A stretch of DNA of 64,000 bases, taken from the IMG/VR virus record IMGVR_UViG_2541047086_000003, positions 1-64,000 of that record. One strand, given 5' to 3'. Within the stretch, counting starts at the first letter, position 1, and every line of letters starts with the position of its first letter. Made by a program: the position numbers and the translations under genes. A model generated the notes under the pieces. The model ran no database searches. It saw nothing but the letters and a program-made list of their open reading frames with translations, and was not told where the DNA came from. The stretch is from an uncultured virus (IMG/VR IMGVR_UViG_2541047086_000003). Taxonomy: Duplodnaviria > Heunggongvirae > Uroviricota > Caudoviricetes. Shown here piece after piece: positions 19,778 through 30,600 of this stretch.

Positions 19778-20227
19778 TTATTCACCTCCTTGTAAAAGAT
19801 GTTTCTTTACAAATTGAAGGAGTGTATCAACGTCTTTCGTAGTTGCCTTGTCATTGATCAAGAAGAAATCTGCCATAATATATTTTGAATAGTCACCATC
19901 GCCATAATATTTATCTGCCACAACTACTTTTAATTGAATATTTTCTGTTATAGGAATCAAATGAACATCTGTTCCATCTACTGGAAAGTCTAAAGGATAC
20001 ATATCAATATTGTTTTCTGTTATGTACTGGTTAATTGAATAAAGGATTTCTTCCCCTTCATTTTCATCAAAGCTGCCAGTATAGCCGGAGAGTTGCTTTC
20101 TAAAATAATCACTTAATTCATTGTTTAAATCGGTGCGCTTTCTTTCAATTAGACCAGCCATACCAACCATTAAGCCTTGTCCCTCCGCTTCTTGGATAAT
20201 AGCCCGGGTTGCTTTTTTGAGCTTCAT
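19778..20227 (-). CDS. Hypothetical phage protein
   Basis: ORF MKLKKATR... with GGGGG RBS. Confidence 0.7.
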   Translation of the reverse strand: MKLKKATRAIIQEAEGQGLMVGMAGLIERKRTDLNNELSDYFRKQLSGYTGSFDENEGEEILYSINQYITENNIDMYPLDFPVDGTDVHLIPITENIQLKVVVADKYYGDGDYSKYIMADFFLINDKATTKDVDTLLQFVKKHLLQGGE

Positions 20228-20243
20228 TTTAGTCGCCCCCTTC

Positions 20244-20423
20244 TCACATTTCATTAAATGCTGTTATTGCCACCAACAGTTGCTTTGCCTCAACTTCTGC
20301 CATTTGATCTCCAATTTGCACCTTTACCCATGTATCTGGATAATCAATACTCTTAGTTGCCAGGAGTTTCAGAGTTTTTCTGTTTACTCCTCTTAATGTG
20401 AATTCGGATGTAATGTCTCTCAT
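20244..20423 (-). CDS. 59-aa phage protein (yosB-like)
   Basis: MRDITSEFTLRG...; AAAGGAG RBS after junction motif 20442. Confidence 0.6.
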   Translation of the reverse strand: MRDITSEFTLRGVNRKTLKLLATKSIDYPDTWVKVQIGDQMAEVEAKQLLVAITAFNEM

Positions 20424-20485
20424 GGTTTTCTCCTTTCTTTATAAAAATTGAATTTTATTTATAATTGATTGCTTTAAACAGTCTC

Positions 20486-20824
20486 TTACAGCCTAGGCTC
20501 AAAATTTTCACGTCCTAGTGGAATTGATTCCAAGAGTGTTTTGCTCCCGTCTTCATTCCACTTATAAAGATAAACACCATAATTCAACCCATTTTTGAAA
20601 TATCTTTTACTTGCATATTCATATAGCTTTTTCTTTGCTTTTTCCTCTTTTTCAAATTGCATTGAGTAATGCCCACTATATGCTAAGACATTTGCTACAT
20701 AAGGTTTTTGCATATTATTAATTTTAGCAATATTAGACTCAACATCTTTCAGTTTCTCTTCTAAAACCTTTTTCTCTTTCTCTAGCTCTTCTTTTTTCTC
20801 TTTTAAAGAATGTGTGTTGGCCAT
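20486..20824 (-). CDS. Hypothetical coiled-coil protein
   Basis: 112-aa ORF with RBS. Confidence 0.7.
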   Translation of the reverse strand: MANTHSLKEKKEELEKEKKVLEEKLKDVESNIAKINNMQKPYVANVLAYSGHYSMQFEKEEKAKKKLYEYASKRYFKNGLNYGVYLYKWNEDGSKTLLESIPLGRENFEPRL

Positions 20825-20916
20825 TTACTCCACCCTTTCTTAAAACACTGATCTCTGATTGTTCTAATTTGTCGTATACTGCGCTTGCCCGGGAAATTAT
20901 GAATATTTTCTTCTGA

Positions 20917-21468
20917 CTATTTCCTCCAATAAGAATTCCTGCACGCATCCCATCGCTTACTACTTATCCAGTCAATCGTTATGGGTTTGAAATCTGTATT
21001 CTCAACGCTTATGCACACATGACTTAAATTTTCTAAGCCAGTTTCCTTGCTGTGCGTATGCCCATGTACATTGCAACAAAGTTGAAATTCCTCAATTAAT
21101 CTGTTCATATTCACCTGAGAAATTGGTTCATGAGTAAGGATGTAATCCTCATAGAGATACATCCTATGTGGATCAAAACCAAGTCTTCTAAACTTTGTAT
21201 CTGAAATTCCTTTGTCATGATTTCCTCTAATAAGTATGTTTCTGGTTTTCTTTAACCGACTCACTATGTAATCAATTCTTTTTGAATTACAGAAGAACAT
21301 ATCCCCTAGCCAAAATACTGTATCCCCTTCATTTACAGTGTTATTAAAGTTCTCAATGATAACATTGTCCATATGTTCTGTATCTGTAAACGGTCGTTTA
21401 TCGCCTTCATATTTAATGATGTTTTTATGTCCAAAATGTGGATCACTGATAAACCAATTAGTTGCCAT
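20917..21468 (-). CDS. Calcineurin-like metallophosphoesterase
   Basis: SDPHFGH, LGD, GNHD, THEP, HGHTH motifs. Confidence 0.88.
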   Translation of the reverse strand: MATNWFISDPHFGHKNIIKYEGDKRPFTDTEHMDNVIIENFNNTVNEGDTVFWLGDMFFCNSKRIDYIVSRLKKTRNILIRGNHDKGISDTKFRRLGFDPHRMYLYEDYILTHEPISQVNMNRLIEEFQLCCNVHGHTHSKETGLENLSHVCISVENTDFKPITIDWISSKRWDACRNSYWRK

Positions 21469-21537
21469 TAAACTGTCTCCTCTCTATACACTTTTCTTTA
21501 CGTATATCTCGATAAAAGGAATATTTTATTTTTACTC

Positions 21538-21723
21538 TTAAAGTAATTGCAAGTAATCCAATGTCTTTTCTAATTTCATGTCTTTACAATTTTCAATGCA
21601 TTCTTTCTTGAGTGCTTCTCCGCATTCTCTATGTACCGGGAATTCCCTGTATTCTTTGTTGTCAGCTATTCTTATGTAATAAACGATCTCGCCTATGTGA
21701 TCCTTGCATTTAACACACTCCAA
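21538..21723 (-). CDS. Small Cys-containing protein
   Basis: CxxC and HxxC; follows a repeat-associated promoter (TTGATT/TATATT, ~21750-21778). Confidence 0.65.
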   Translation of the reverse strand: MECVKCKDHIGEIVYYIRIADNKEYREFPVHRECGEALKKECIENCKDMKLEKTLDYLQLL

Positions 21724-21816
21724 TGCATCACCTCGCTTCCTATATTTCTAATATACTCGCTTTCTCCCAAACAATCAATAACTATTTTATTTTTACTCTG
21801 AATATTTTTTAAAAAG

Positions 21817-21837
21817 TAGGAGAGTTTCCTCCCCTAC
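21817..21837 (-). terminator. Intrinsic terminator after the secreted-protein operon
   Basis: gtaggagag...ctcccctac stem followed by a T run on the minus strand. Confidence 0.65.
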
Positions 21838-21855
21838 AGTACAATAAGGCTGCTG

Positions 21856-22020
21856 CTAATGGTTTTGAGTTCGTTTATGAAATACACGAACAATTATTGC
21901 TGCTATGAAGAATAAGGCAAACAATCCAAAAGCCATTGATCCATTCTTTAAAATTATCCCAAAGATCAACAAAGCGCAACCAGACAAAATAAATAGTATT
22001 TTACTTAAGATATTGATCAT
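21856..22020 (-). CDS. 54-aa two-helix membrane protein, putative immunity protein
   Basis: MINILSKILFILSGCALLIFGIILKNGSMAFGLFALFFIAAIIVRVFHKRTQNH; ATGA overlap with upstream gene. Confidence 0.65.
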   Translation of the reverse strand: MINILSKILFILSGCALLIFGIILKNGSMAFGLFALFFIAAIIVRVFHKRTQNH

Positions 22021-22778
22021 TTACACTTCTCCATACAATCAAAGAATGCATTTACACCAATAATACCAGCAGAATTTACACAAGCATAGCAAGCAGTCCC
22101 CGCTGTTGCTGGAACACCAGCTGTGCATGAAACTCCACATAAAATAGCTAAACCGGTAATTGCCCATTGGCTAATATTCTTATCACCTAAGCAATCTGAT
22201 ACGCATCCAGTCCAACTCTTCTGAGCACTCATCATGTTAGATGTACTTCCTTTGTCCTCTGAAGTTTGTTTTGTTTCAAAGACCCCAGACTTGTCCTCAT
22301 CCTTAACACCATTAACCCAATAATTCATTTCGTTTTGAGTGCTGCTGATTTTCTTCATGTCAACTTCATAGTACTCTTCAATATTCATATCGCTATCAAA
22401 CGAAACATTAAATGAGCTAACTCTGTCTACTTTTTCAGTGGCCACGTATAAATAAGAAACCGAATAAGTTACTGTGCCATCATCATACTTAATAGCTCTA
22501 ACTGATGATGCATTATCAAATACCTTTTCGTTTGATTTATGATACTTAATGTCTCCATCTTCAATTGCTTTTTCTGCCTTGGATAGAAGTTTTTCCTTAG
22601 TCTTTTTACTCACATCAATAGTGTGATCTGCAATAAATTCTGCCTCTGATTTTACTTTATCCTTGTCGACATTATCTGTTGAGATTGTGCTCTTTGCATC
22701 ACTGTTCGGAGGAAATGTTGAAAAGGCCAGGACAAACACGGCAACTAGTGCTAAGATCGTTCGATAAAAATTGTTCAT
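22017..22778 (-). CDS. Secreted protein with 8-Cys hydrophobic C-terminal domain (bacteriocin-precursor-like)
   Basis: Sec signal peptide, charged pro-region, CxxxC/CxxxC/CxxC/CxxxC tail. Confidence 0.7.
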   Translation of the reverse strand: MNNFYRTILALVAVFVLAFSTFPPNSDAKSTISTDNVDKDKVKSEAEFIADHTIDVSKKTKEKLLSKAEKAIEDGDIKYHKSNEKVFDNASSVRAIKYDDGTVTYSVSYLYVATEKVDRVSSFNVSFDSDMNIEEYYEVDMKKISSTQNEMNYWVNGVKDEDKSGVFETKQTSEDKGSTSNMMSAQKSWTGCVSDCLGDKNISQWAITGLAILCGVSCTAGVPATAGTACYACVNSAGIIGVNAFFDCMEKCK

Positions 22779-22965
22779 TAAAATATCCCCTTTGTAAAAA
22801 TATAATTCTCATCTGGCATCAATACTTATCAAACAGACAATCTCATAAATCACCTTCTTTCTTTAATAAATGCTACCAATCATATAAATAATTGTTAAGA
22901 AATACTGACGATTTTGAATATTAAGTAACACAGATGTCGTTATATCAAAGGGATATTGCTCACCT

Positions 22966-23661
22966 TTATAAACAACTTATGTAATTTTGTAATTCCTTAG
23001 ATTTAGTAAAAATCTCACCGAATTTTTTGTCTATAGTTTTCCATTGTCTTTCAGATGTTGAAGGCAACTCATTTTCAAGGTAAATGAACAACTCATCAAC
23101 TCTGCTACTAAGTTGATCCATATTTTGCACAAGTGTTTCTTTTATTGGATCAGATATGTACACGGATCCGTCCTCCCTTATGAAAAGATAATTACTGCCT
23201 TGCTGTTGTTATTTTTTATGTATGGAGAATATTTTCGTTCAAGATAATTCCTTGACGCTCCTTCTCCCAGACTCACGTTATAAACGATCTTTACTTTATG
23301 TATGTCTAATGCCTTTCGTTTTGCCTGTTCAGGTGATAGCGCCTCAATTATCAAAGACGTATTTTCGTCCTTGTGATCTTTACATCTAACATAGTACCTT
23401 TTCAATAAACATCCCTTTATCCTTTCTTGTTATCCTGTTGTATTAATCCTTTTTTAGATAAGACTTGAAGAACTCATCTAGGTTTGCAGCAATCGCTCCA
23501 GCTACTTCTGCACAATGAGCATGACTCTTTTCTTGAGCTATTAAAAACTCAACTGCAGACTTAGCAATGGCTTTTATTTGCCCATCGTCTAATTTGCCGC
23601 TTCTTACTTCGTCTTTAATTTTTTCGGCTTCCTCTTTTAAGCTTTCTGGATAGTTCACCAC
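22966..23661 (-). CDS. Three small SPbeta-type genes (22966-23163, 23178-23405, 23443-23661; yorV-Y region)
   Basis: Short ORFs each with an RBS; synteny. Confidence 0.6.
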
Positions 23662-23762
23662 AGGATTCTCCCCTTTCTCTATAAAAGAGATATTTTATTT
23701 TCATTCTCAAAATATTGAATTTAAAAGGTACTCTTTTTGAGCACCTCCATCCTTGTCAAAAT

Positions 23763-24962
23763 TTATTTCTGTAGAGATAATGCATATTCATTATCATTGA
23801 TCACATTAATTCTCTGTTCTAGCCTTACTACAAATCCTAAAAACTCAATGTTTTTTTCACTGCCCAGTTTAAATGAGCCAATAATATTTTTTATTGTGTC
23901 TTTTTGATCAGTTGTTAACTCATCTATTATTAACATAATTCTCAGGTTTTCATGAAAAGATTTTGTTAGCAATTTATGTAATTCCAATGAAATTTTTTGT
24001 TCATTGATATCAGGGTGTATCTCCCTAATCCAACCAGATACCTTTATTATGATATCCTCATCTGCATATATGTGTTCAATTATTTTTTCAACCCAAGATT
24101 TTATTGTAGAGTCTCTTAAACTGCTATCTGTAGCGATGCTAAATGCAGATGCAAACCTCATTAATTGAGGTATAATATGACCGTTCAGGTAGTTGAATTT
24201 ATCCATTAGCTTTGTTTTATTTTGTCCATAACATTCGTATTCTATTAAATTCAGTTGAAATGGTGAAGCAATGTTACGTTTGTTGAAGTTTATTAGCAAA
24301 GCATCTGGGATGCTACTTATCCCCTTGACCATTCCATTAGACATTTCACTCCCTAATGATGAAGTGATAAATTTGCGATTATCTGAAATAAGGATAGACG
24401 ATCTTTTCTGATAATCATCAAATAAATTATAAAAATTCTTATTAACAAGGGTTTCCAATCCTCTGGATTTATGTTGTTCACTGTGAAATTTTATGGTTGT
24501 ATAGGTGCCCATGATTTCGATTGGGGATAATTCAGTATCTATTTCTTCAAATGTTGCTTTTAAAGATTTATGTAAAGACTTTTCATTTGGTTTTAAAAAG
24601 TTACTATTTAACAAACTTATGGCTTCTTTGTCTTTAATTGCTTTCGAGGATTGCATATATTTCGCGCCCCAATATTTCCCTCCGATTTCAGCAAGGACTT
24701 TTAGGGGAAACGGATTGCAAAACTCCATATCCTTCAAGTGAAAAGATTGCACATAATTATCTTCGTCTCTCCAAGGTCTTTCATCTGTAATCTCAGCAAT
24801 TACGCCTCGGACTCCGCAGAAGCTTTCATTATCCTTCTTTACAGAGATATAAATTAAATCACCTATTGTTGCAGTTCTTTTAGTAAATCCAACAATCTTA
24901 TTATCTATGCAAATATTATAATTCTCTATAGATTCACCACAATGTAAAATTCTTACGGACAT
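23763..24962 (-). CDS. Putative nuclease: N-terminal EVE/PUA-like region plus PD-(D/E)XK-like domain
   Basis: ENYNIC...VG...GDLIYI N-terminal pattern; IPDALL...LIEYE catalytic-like motif. Confidence 0.55.
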   Translation of the reverse strand: MSVRILHCGESIENYNICIDNKIVGFTKRTATIGDLIYISVKKDNESFCGVRGVIAEITDERPWRDEDNYVQSFHLKDMEFCNPFPLKVLAEIGGKYWGAKYMQSSKAIKDKEAISLLNSNFLKPNEKSLHKSLKATFEEIDTELSPIEIMGTYTTIKFHSEQHKSRGLETLVNKNFYNLFDDYQKRSSILISDNRKFITSSLGSEMSNGMVKGISSIPDALLINFNKRNIASPFQLNLIEYECYGQNKTKLMDKFNYLNGHIIPQLMRFASAFSIATDSSLRDSTIKSWVEKIIEHIYADEDIIIKVSGWIREIHPDINEQKISLELHKLLTKSFHENLRIMLIIDELTTDQKDTIKNIIGSFKLGSEKNIEFLGFVVRLEQRINVINDNEYALSLQK

Positions 24963-25036
24963 AATACAACACTCCCAATTATTCTATCCGTAATAAGTTC
25001 TACAAATTATGTCATATTCCTCTTTTAAATACAAAA

Positions 25037-25993
25037 TCAAATGCAATCTAGACGCTTGTTAGCGATCTTTATGTAATCAAAATCAATTTCAAACCCTAAA
25101 TAATTACGGTTTAGTTTTTGAGCTGCTACACATTCACTTCCCGATCCAACAAAAGGTATTAGAATATTATCATGTTGATTTGAACTAGATGTAATAATTC
25201 GCTCACACAAATCAAGTGGTTTTTGAGTGCTGTGTCCATATCTTTCATCTTTGTAAAAATCAATTTCCCAGACATCTGTCACTCCCCTAGGGAGATTAAA
25301 TTTAATCCGGTTATCTTCATACATTTGTTTTAATTCCTCCCAAGTCTTTTCAAAAGAACAACCGTGAGAAATTAATTGATTATATTTCTCTTTTGTAATA
25401 AATGCAGGTTGAGACTTATCTCTGAAATAATGTCCTGCTATTCCTGAATTGATTGGATGTCCCCAAATTTTATTTATGTCTTTCATTTTTAAGTCAAGTG
25501 CCTTGATTCCTTGTTGAAGAACATTATGTATTGGATCAAGAACACTCGAACCATCCTTCAATCTGCCTACTGTATCTTGCTTAGTTAAAATCCATAGATA
25601 TTCTGTTGCTGTTGGAAACTGTTTAAGCTTACTTGATGTTCTTCCAGCAATAGATTTTACACCCTTATGAACAGTGATATTCTGTCTAAGAAAAAAGTTT
25701 TTCTTGATTTCATCATACAGAGGCAACATGTTATTAAACCATCCATATAAATATAAAGTACCGTTTACCTTCAGTACTCTATCAAATTCTTTTATTATCT
25801 CACAAATCCAATCTTTAAATTTATCATAATCATTGCCCCATTGATTGTCCCATTTATCTTTAACTACCCCAAAATAAGGTGGGTCTGCAATTATTAGATC
25901 GATACAATTAGATGGTACTAATTTCAATCCTTTTAATACATCGAATTGATAAATTCTGTTTAATTCCAAACTTCCTAAAAGCTCTTTTGTCAT
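25037..25993 (-). CDS. Site-specific DNA methyltransferase (N4-C/N6-A, beta class)
   Basis: DLIIADPPY motif IV before HSTQKP and IPFVGSGS motif I. Confidence 0.9.
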   Translation of the reverse strand: MTKELLGSLELNRIYQFDVLKGLKLVPSNCIDLIIADPPYFGVVKDKWDNQWGNDYDKFKDWICEIIKEFDRVLKVNGTLYLYGWFNNMLPLYDEIKKNFFLRQNITVHKGVKSIAGRTSSKLKQFPTATEYLWILTKQDTVGRLKDGSSVLDPIHNVLQQGIKALDLKMKDINKIWGHPINSGIAGHYFRDKSQPAFITKEKYNQLISHGCSFEKTWEELKQMYEDNRIKFNLPRGVTDVWEIDFYKDERYGHSTQKPLDLCERIITSSSNQHDNILIPFVGSGSECVAAQKLNRNYLGFEIDFDYIKIANKRLDCI

Positions 25994-26050
25994 TTAAGTT
26001 CCCCTTTTTCATTTTTATAGCTGATATGTTCTTTTATTCCAATTCCAAAC

Positions 26051-26548
26051 CTATCCAATCAAATGAATAATATCCTCTACAATTTCATCACTATTCCACT
26101 CGTTTGTATCCCAAGAGTTCATATGTAAACCCATTTCATCAATTACCTGGTTGTAAAGTTCTAAAACCGGCTCAATATCCCGGTCATTTATGTATTCATC
26201 ACCACGTTCAAGTAAACGCTGCTTAATAATTTTTGGATCAGCATATAAGTAGATCACTTTTGCTTTATCTCTAATCTTTTCCTCAATTGCCCTTTGTTGC
26301 TCTTCCGTTAAGATAGAGTAATCCTTGAATTTTCTCGCATAAACCAAATTTGAATATATGTATCGGTCAATAATTATATTGTCCTCATCAGCCAGCTTGC
26401 TAAAGTGTTCAAATAGCTTCTCATTACCGCTCTTAGCTAATTCAAAACTGGATCCTTTTGTTACCGGATATCCGAGTTCTTTGCTTAGCTTATCTGCTAT
26501 TGTTGATTTGTAGCAGCAGTCAGCGCCTTCTAAAATAATCATCGTCAT
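26051..26548 (-). CDS. yorR: Deoxynucleotide monophosphate kinase-like protein
   Basis: IILEGADCCYKST P-loop variant; IIDR motif. Confidence 0.85.
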   Translation of the reverse strand: MTMIILEGADCCYKSTIADKLSKELGYPVTKGSSFELAKSGNEKLFEHFSKLADEDNIIIDRYIYSNLVYARKFKDYSILTEEQQRAIEEKIRDKAKVIYLYADPKIIKQRLLERGDEYINDRDIEPVLELYNQVIDEMGLHMNSWDTNEWNSDEIVEDIIHLIG

Positions 26549-26703
26549 TTATCTTCCACCCTTCTTACATTGCTGAAGCCAATCACTCTATATGAGCCGT
26601 CTGGATACTCAACTTCTAATTGCTTATGTCCTTTATCAACTTGTGCAACAACACCAATCTCTCCTGTAAAACCTGCAATTACCTTCTCTCCCTTTTTAAA
26701 CAT
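26545..26703 (-). CDS. yorQ: 52-aa phage protein
   Basis: MFKKGEKVIAGFTGEIGVV...; synteny. Confidence 0.6.
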   Translation of the reverse strand: MFKKGEKVIAGFTGEIGVVAQVDKGHKQLEVEYPDGSYRVIGFSNVRRVEDK

Positions 26704-26707
26704 ACAA

Positions 26708-26911
26708 TTAACCTCCTTTAGCTGGATTTAATTCATGCTCCTTAAAGAATGTAATATCACCTGTTTCATCACTGACCGCGTAATCATATGTGGCAGAGTG
26801 TAGTAGCTCAATAATTTTCCCTTCCCGTCCAACATGATGAGGACAAGCGTTCTTTGCATTCTCATTTATGATGACTTTTAACCCTTCTGGATAAGACCAA
26901 AACTTCGGCAA
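26708..26911 (-). CDS. yorP: YorP-family protein
   Basis: MPKFWSYPEGLKVIINENAKNACPHHVG. Confidence 0.85.
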   Translation of the reverse strand: MPKFWSYPEGLKVIINENAKNACPHHVGREGKIIELLHSATYDYAVSDETGDITFFKEHELNPAKGG

Positions 26912-26922
26912 TTAACCGCCTC

Positions 26923-27630
26923 CTAACTAATAATCGAGATTGTCCCATTTTGCTTACCAAAATTAATTGCGTCACGCTCGGTTGCTACAAGCAAGTCCAC
27001 TTTATTTCCAACGATTGCGCCTCCAGTATCAATCGCAATTGCTTTGAACGTTTCCCCACCAATGCTTACTTCAACTATTGAATTCAAGGGAATAACACTT
27101 GGATCGGTTGCAATAATACGATACCCTTTGTAATAGATTGATTGTGTAACATCAACACCTGTTTTAGTTGTTCCTGTGCATCCTTCTTGGCAGTGGGCAA
27201 TATAAGCACTCAGCTTAACCTGGATGGTTTTCTTTGCGGCCGGTGGTTTGCTTTCTTTTTCTTTAAAGGATATTTTATTTTTACTCTTAAAAACTCTATG
27301 CTTTGTCTTCTCACCTCCTCTCATGTGCCTTTTCTTACTTTGCTTAGGTTTAATGAGTTTTGCTGAGATAATCTTCTCTGTGTGCCTTTTTAATTGTTGT
27401 TCTTTGTTCGTTTGAGCTTTTTTAAATAGCCGTAAGACAATACTCTCACTTGATGGGATCCTAATCTGTCTAGGCTTCTTATAAAATGATTCTTTTATTG
27501 AGTCTTCATTTCCCTCTGTTTTATGCAAATGTTGCTCATAACTTATGTAAGAAAAAGTGGTTAAGGGAATTAAAATCATCATACCATAAACAGATCTGAA
27601 AATGTGTAATTTTATTTTATTTTTATCCAT
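26923..27630 (-). CDS. yorM: Membrane-anchored 3D-domain protein
   Basis: N-terminal TM; IATDPSVIPL...AIDTGGAIVGNKVDL. Confidence 0.85.
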   Translation of the reverse strand: MDKNKIKLHIFRSVYGMMILIPLTTFSYISYEQHLHKTEGNEDSIKESFYKKPRQIRIPSSESIVLRLFKKAQTNKEQQLKRHTEKIISAKLIKPKQSKKRHMRGGEKTKHRVFKSKNKISFKEKESKPPAAKKTIQVKLSAYIAHCQEGCTGTTKTGVDVTQSIYYKGYRIIATDPSVIPLNSIVEVSIGGETFKAIAIDTGGAIVGNKVDLLVATERDAINFGKQNGTISIIS

Positions 27631-27656
27631 AAAATTTTTATTGATAATCCTGCCTC

Positions 27657-30600
27657 CTATACTTCAGCTCTTTTGGTTGTTAGACTGATATTCCCTTTCC
27701 TGTCAACATGATCAATTCTACAGACCGTGTGGCTATAGATGCTGTTCTTATATACTTTAGGAATAAAATTGTTGCCTCTTCTGAATCCAGTGAACATGAG
27801 CAAAGTTCCTCTGGTATACCAAGACTTCTCAACAACCTCTTTTTTGCCGCCAGCAACAGGTCGAGAAATCTGTTTATTATAATGCCCGAAGCTGCCAGCC
27901 CACTGTTTAACTGTAACCACCCCTGTAGGTGTAAGGAGTGTGATTGTGTGCTTGTTTTTATCCCTGTCTAATACGGTTCCTATAATTCGAGTCGTTTCAT
28001 ATTCATACAGAGTTTTTCCTCGCCATTGATATGGTTTCCCTTTGATTGGCTCTTCTGGCAGCTCATAAAAATCAGCAATATCATACTTAGCAAAGTTAAC
28101 ACCAGCAAGTTCATGATCGTTATAATAATAACTCAATGAATCCATCTCCCATTTACCAAGAGATCCATCGGCATACTTAGACCACTCTTTCTTAAGTAAG
28201 CAATTGTTAAGTCCACTTAAGGCTTCTTCAGTCGATATCCAGTCTTTGATTTTGGACATTTTACTGTCATATTCTTTTTTAAACAATCTTTCTGATATAA
28301 CAAGTTGTCCATTAATCACATCAACGATTCCGCTTTCACTGAAATGCTGATTGTAAAAGTCGGAAGACATATCATCTAATAAGAAAAGCCTGTCTTTTGG
28401 AGATTTCATTGTCTTGTAAACCTTTTTGCTGATGTATTCTTTGAAACGGAAGAATCTAATTTCTAAAGCATATTCCTGGGGAACAATATCGTTTTCGATT
28501 AGCATTTTTAAATTCGATAAAGTCAGTTTGGTTTTAGGCTCAGATATCAAACTAATAAAGGACTTCATTATTTTTTGTCTATCACCAAAAGAATCAAAAC
28601 AACCACCTTTTATTAGTTGGATTACCTGTCCTTTTTTAATACCATCTCTTTTGAACATTCGTTCTATAAAATCATAGAAATCTTTGTAAGGTCTATTTGA
28701 AATTAAGGTATGGATTACGTCATCTCCAATTCCATTCATACCCTTTAGCCCAAACAATATCGAATTTCTGTTAACGTCTGCCCTAAACCCAAAATCGGCT
28801 TTATTTATATCTGGCAAGTCTATTTTTATTCCTCTTTGTCTAATGTTCCCAATGGCTGAGGCAACCTTCCCATAGTTTGTGGCAGCTGTCTTTTTATTGT
28901 CCTTTGTTTCTTCGGTCTCTATCCCACCACTGTTTACCGTTAAACAAGCAGTGTTCCAATATAAAGGATCATATCTATAGTTCAGATTTAATTCCTGTAA
29001 GGCAATAATTGAGTATGCCAATGTATGTAGTAAGCTGAATGAATCTTTCTATACCCTCGGTTTCCCGATATTTAATTAAGGGAATAGACTATATCTTCAT
29101 CTACGCTTTTTTTGTAGTCATTTTCATAGGCCCATTTGTAACCCGCAAAAGAATTCCTTTTTCCCTTACATACTTGCGATATAGCGCCATTGTTTATTTT
29201 CCCTAACGATATATAGGCTTCTGTGATGCTATCAAAATAGCTTATAAATTTTCCGTCAAGAGTTAACTGTACAATTCCTCTGGTATAATGTTTCACATTT
29301 CCCGATATATCTGTGACCTTTCGCTTGTCATTTACGAACCTCCATTGGTACCCGCTGGCCTGACTACCTTCTTTTTTAGTAAGTCCATTACTAATTGTTC
29401 TTACGTCAATATTAAGCAATCTTGCAGCGTCACTTTCTGATTTGTACTCAGCAATTTTTTGTCCAGTTAGCGTATATTGCACAATGGCTTTTGGTAATTT
29501 GGATAATCCAATATCAAAGCAATGTCGCATATTCTCTTTTCTTGTTACCCACTCAAGATTACTAATATGATTATTTTGCTTATCTCCATCTTTATGATTA
29601 ACCTGCAAGCTATTATTTTCTCCGATGAAGTATTTTGCAACTAATCTGTGCGCATACATATAATAATTTTTTCTTTGGTGGACAATACAATATTGAACAT
29701 AACCACTTTTACTATTTATTTTCGGTTTTAATATCCCTTTTGTCTTCCACGAAGATTTTTTTATGTTTCTGCATCTTCCAGTGTTAGATATTTCATAATT
29801 TGTTTCACAGTTATCAATGTAAATTCTCTTCCATAGTTCCATTAATCTCACCTCCTTTTTAGCGTAGATGTGTGGCGCTTCGTAAGCAGGAATTTCACCT
29901 GCAAACTACTCCCATAAGGGATAGTCGTTACACCTTCCTAAAATTAGGCTTGGCACGGTATTGTCATAGGATATCTCCCTTAGAGTTCCACCGTTAGCAT
30001 CCTAAATGGACACACCCTGCACTTACAGGTTCACCACATACGGGCTATCAGTTAACCCAAATTGTCTTTTAAATTGAACATTCCAGACATAATTCAAAAG
30101 GCTATCTGAAGTGCCAATCTTCTTTCCTTTTTTGAAAAACAATTCCTCTACTTCTTTTAATACATCTTCTTTCTTTTTTGCTATGGATTTCCTAAGATAA
30201 TTAGATTCTTTAATGTTGAAGTTAGCTATATCCTTATCCATAACCATCAGCATAACGACTTCCTGAGTATCAGCAACACCATAAATATCCTTAAGGTGTC
30301 TCTCCATTACTTTGATTTCTTTGTCGTTTAGACCGTATCGCTTCATCTCTTCATACCATGCACTAAGGTCATTTTTGTATTTAACATATGTATCCACAGG
30401 TTGTTCTTCGCCGTCTGACATAAGCCTCATTAATGAATTGGTTACAGCTGCTTCAAGCAAGTTCTTAGGTTTTACTTTAACCACTGATTGATGCCCAACT
30501 TCAGTTGAGAACTGAAACAAATCCATGATCTCTCCATTGCCGGCCATTTCCCACAGCCTTGGATCTTCATACTCAATTACGTCTGGATGAATGTATTTCT

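Noticed and set aside
3227..20856. Half or degenerate junction motifs (e.g. ~3227, 3489, 8860, 9952, 11451, 18214, 20841)
   Set aside because: Only one arm matches well; excluded from the count because AT-rich DNA gives such matches by chance, although some are positioned like true sites.
22830..22847. Tiny upstream ORF MRLSV behind an AAGGTG RBS before the secreted Cys-rich gene
   Set aside because: Five codons with no attenuator structure seen; cannot be told from chance or a gene remnant.
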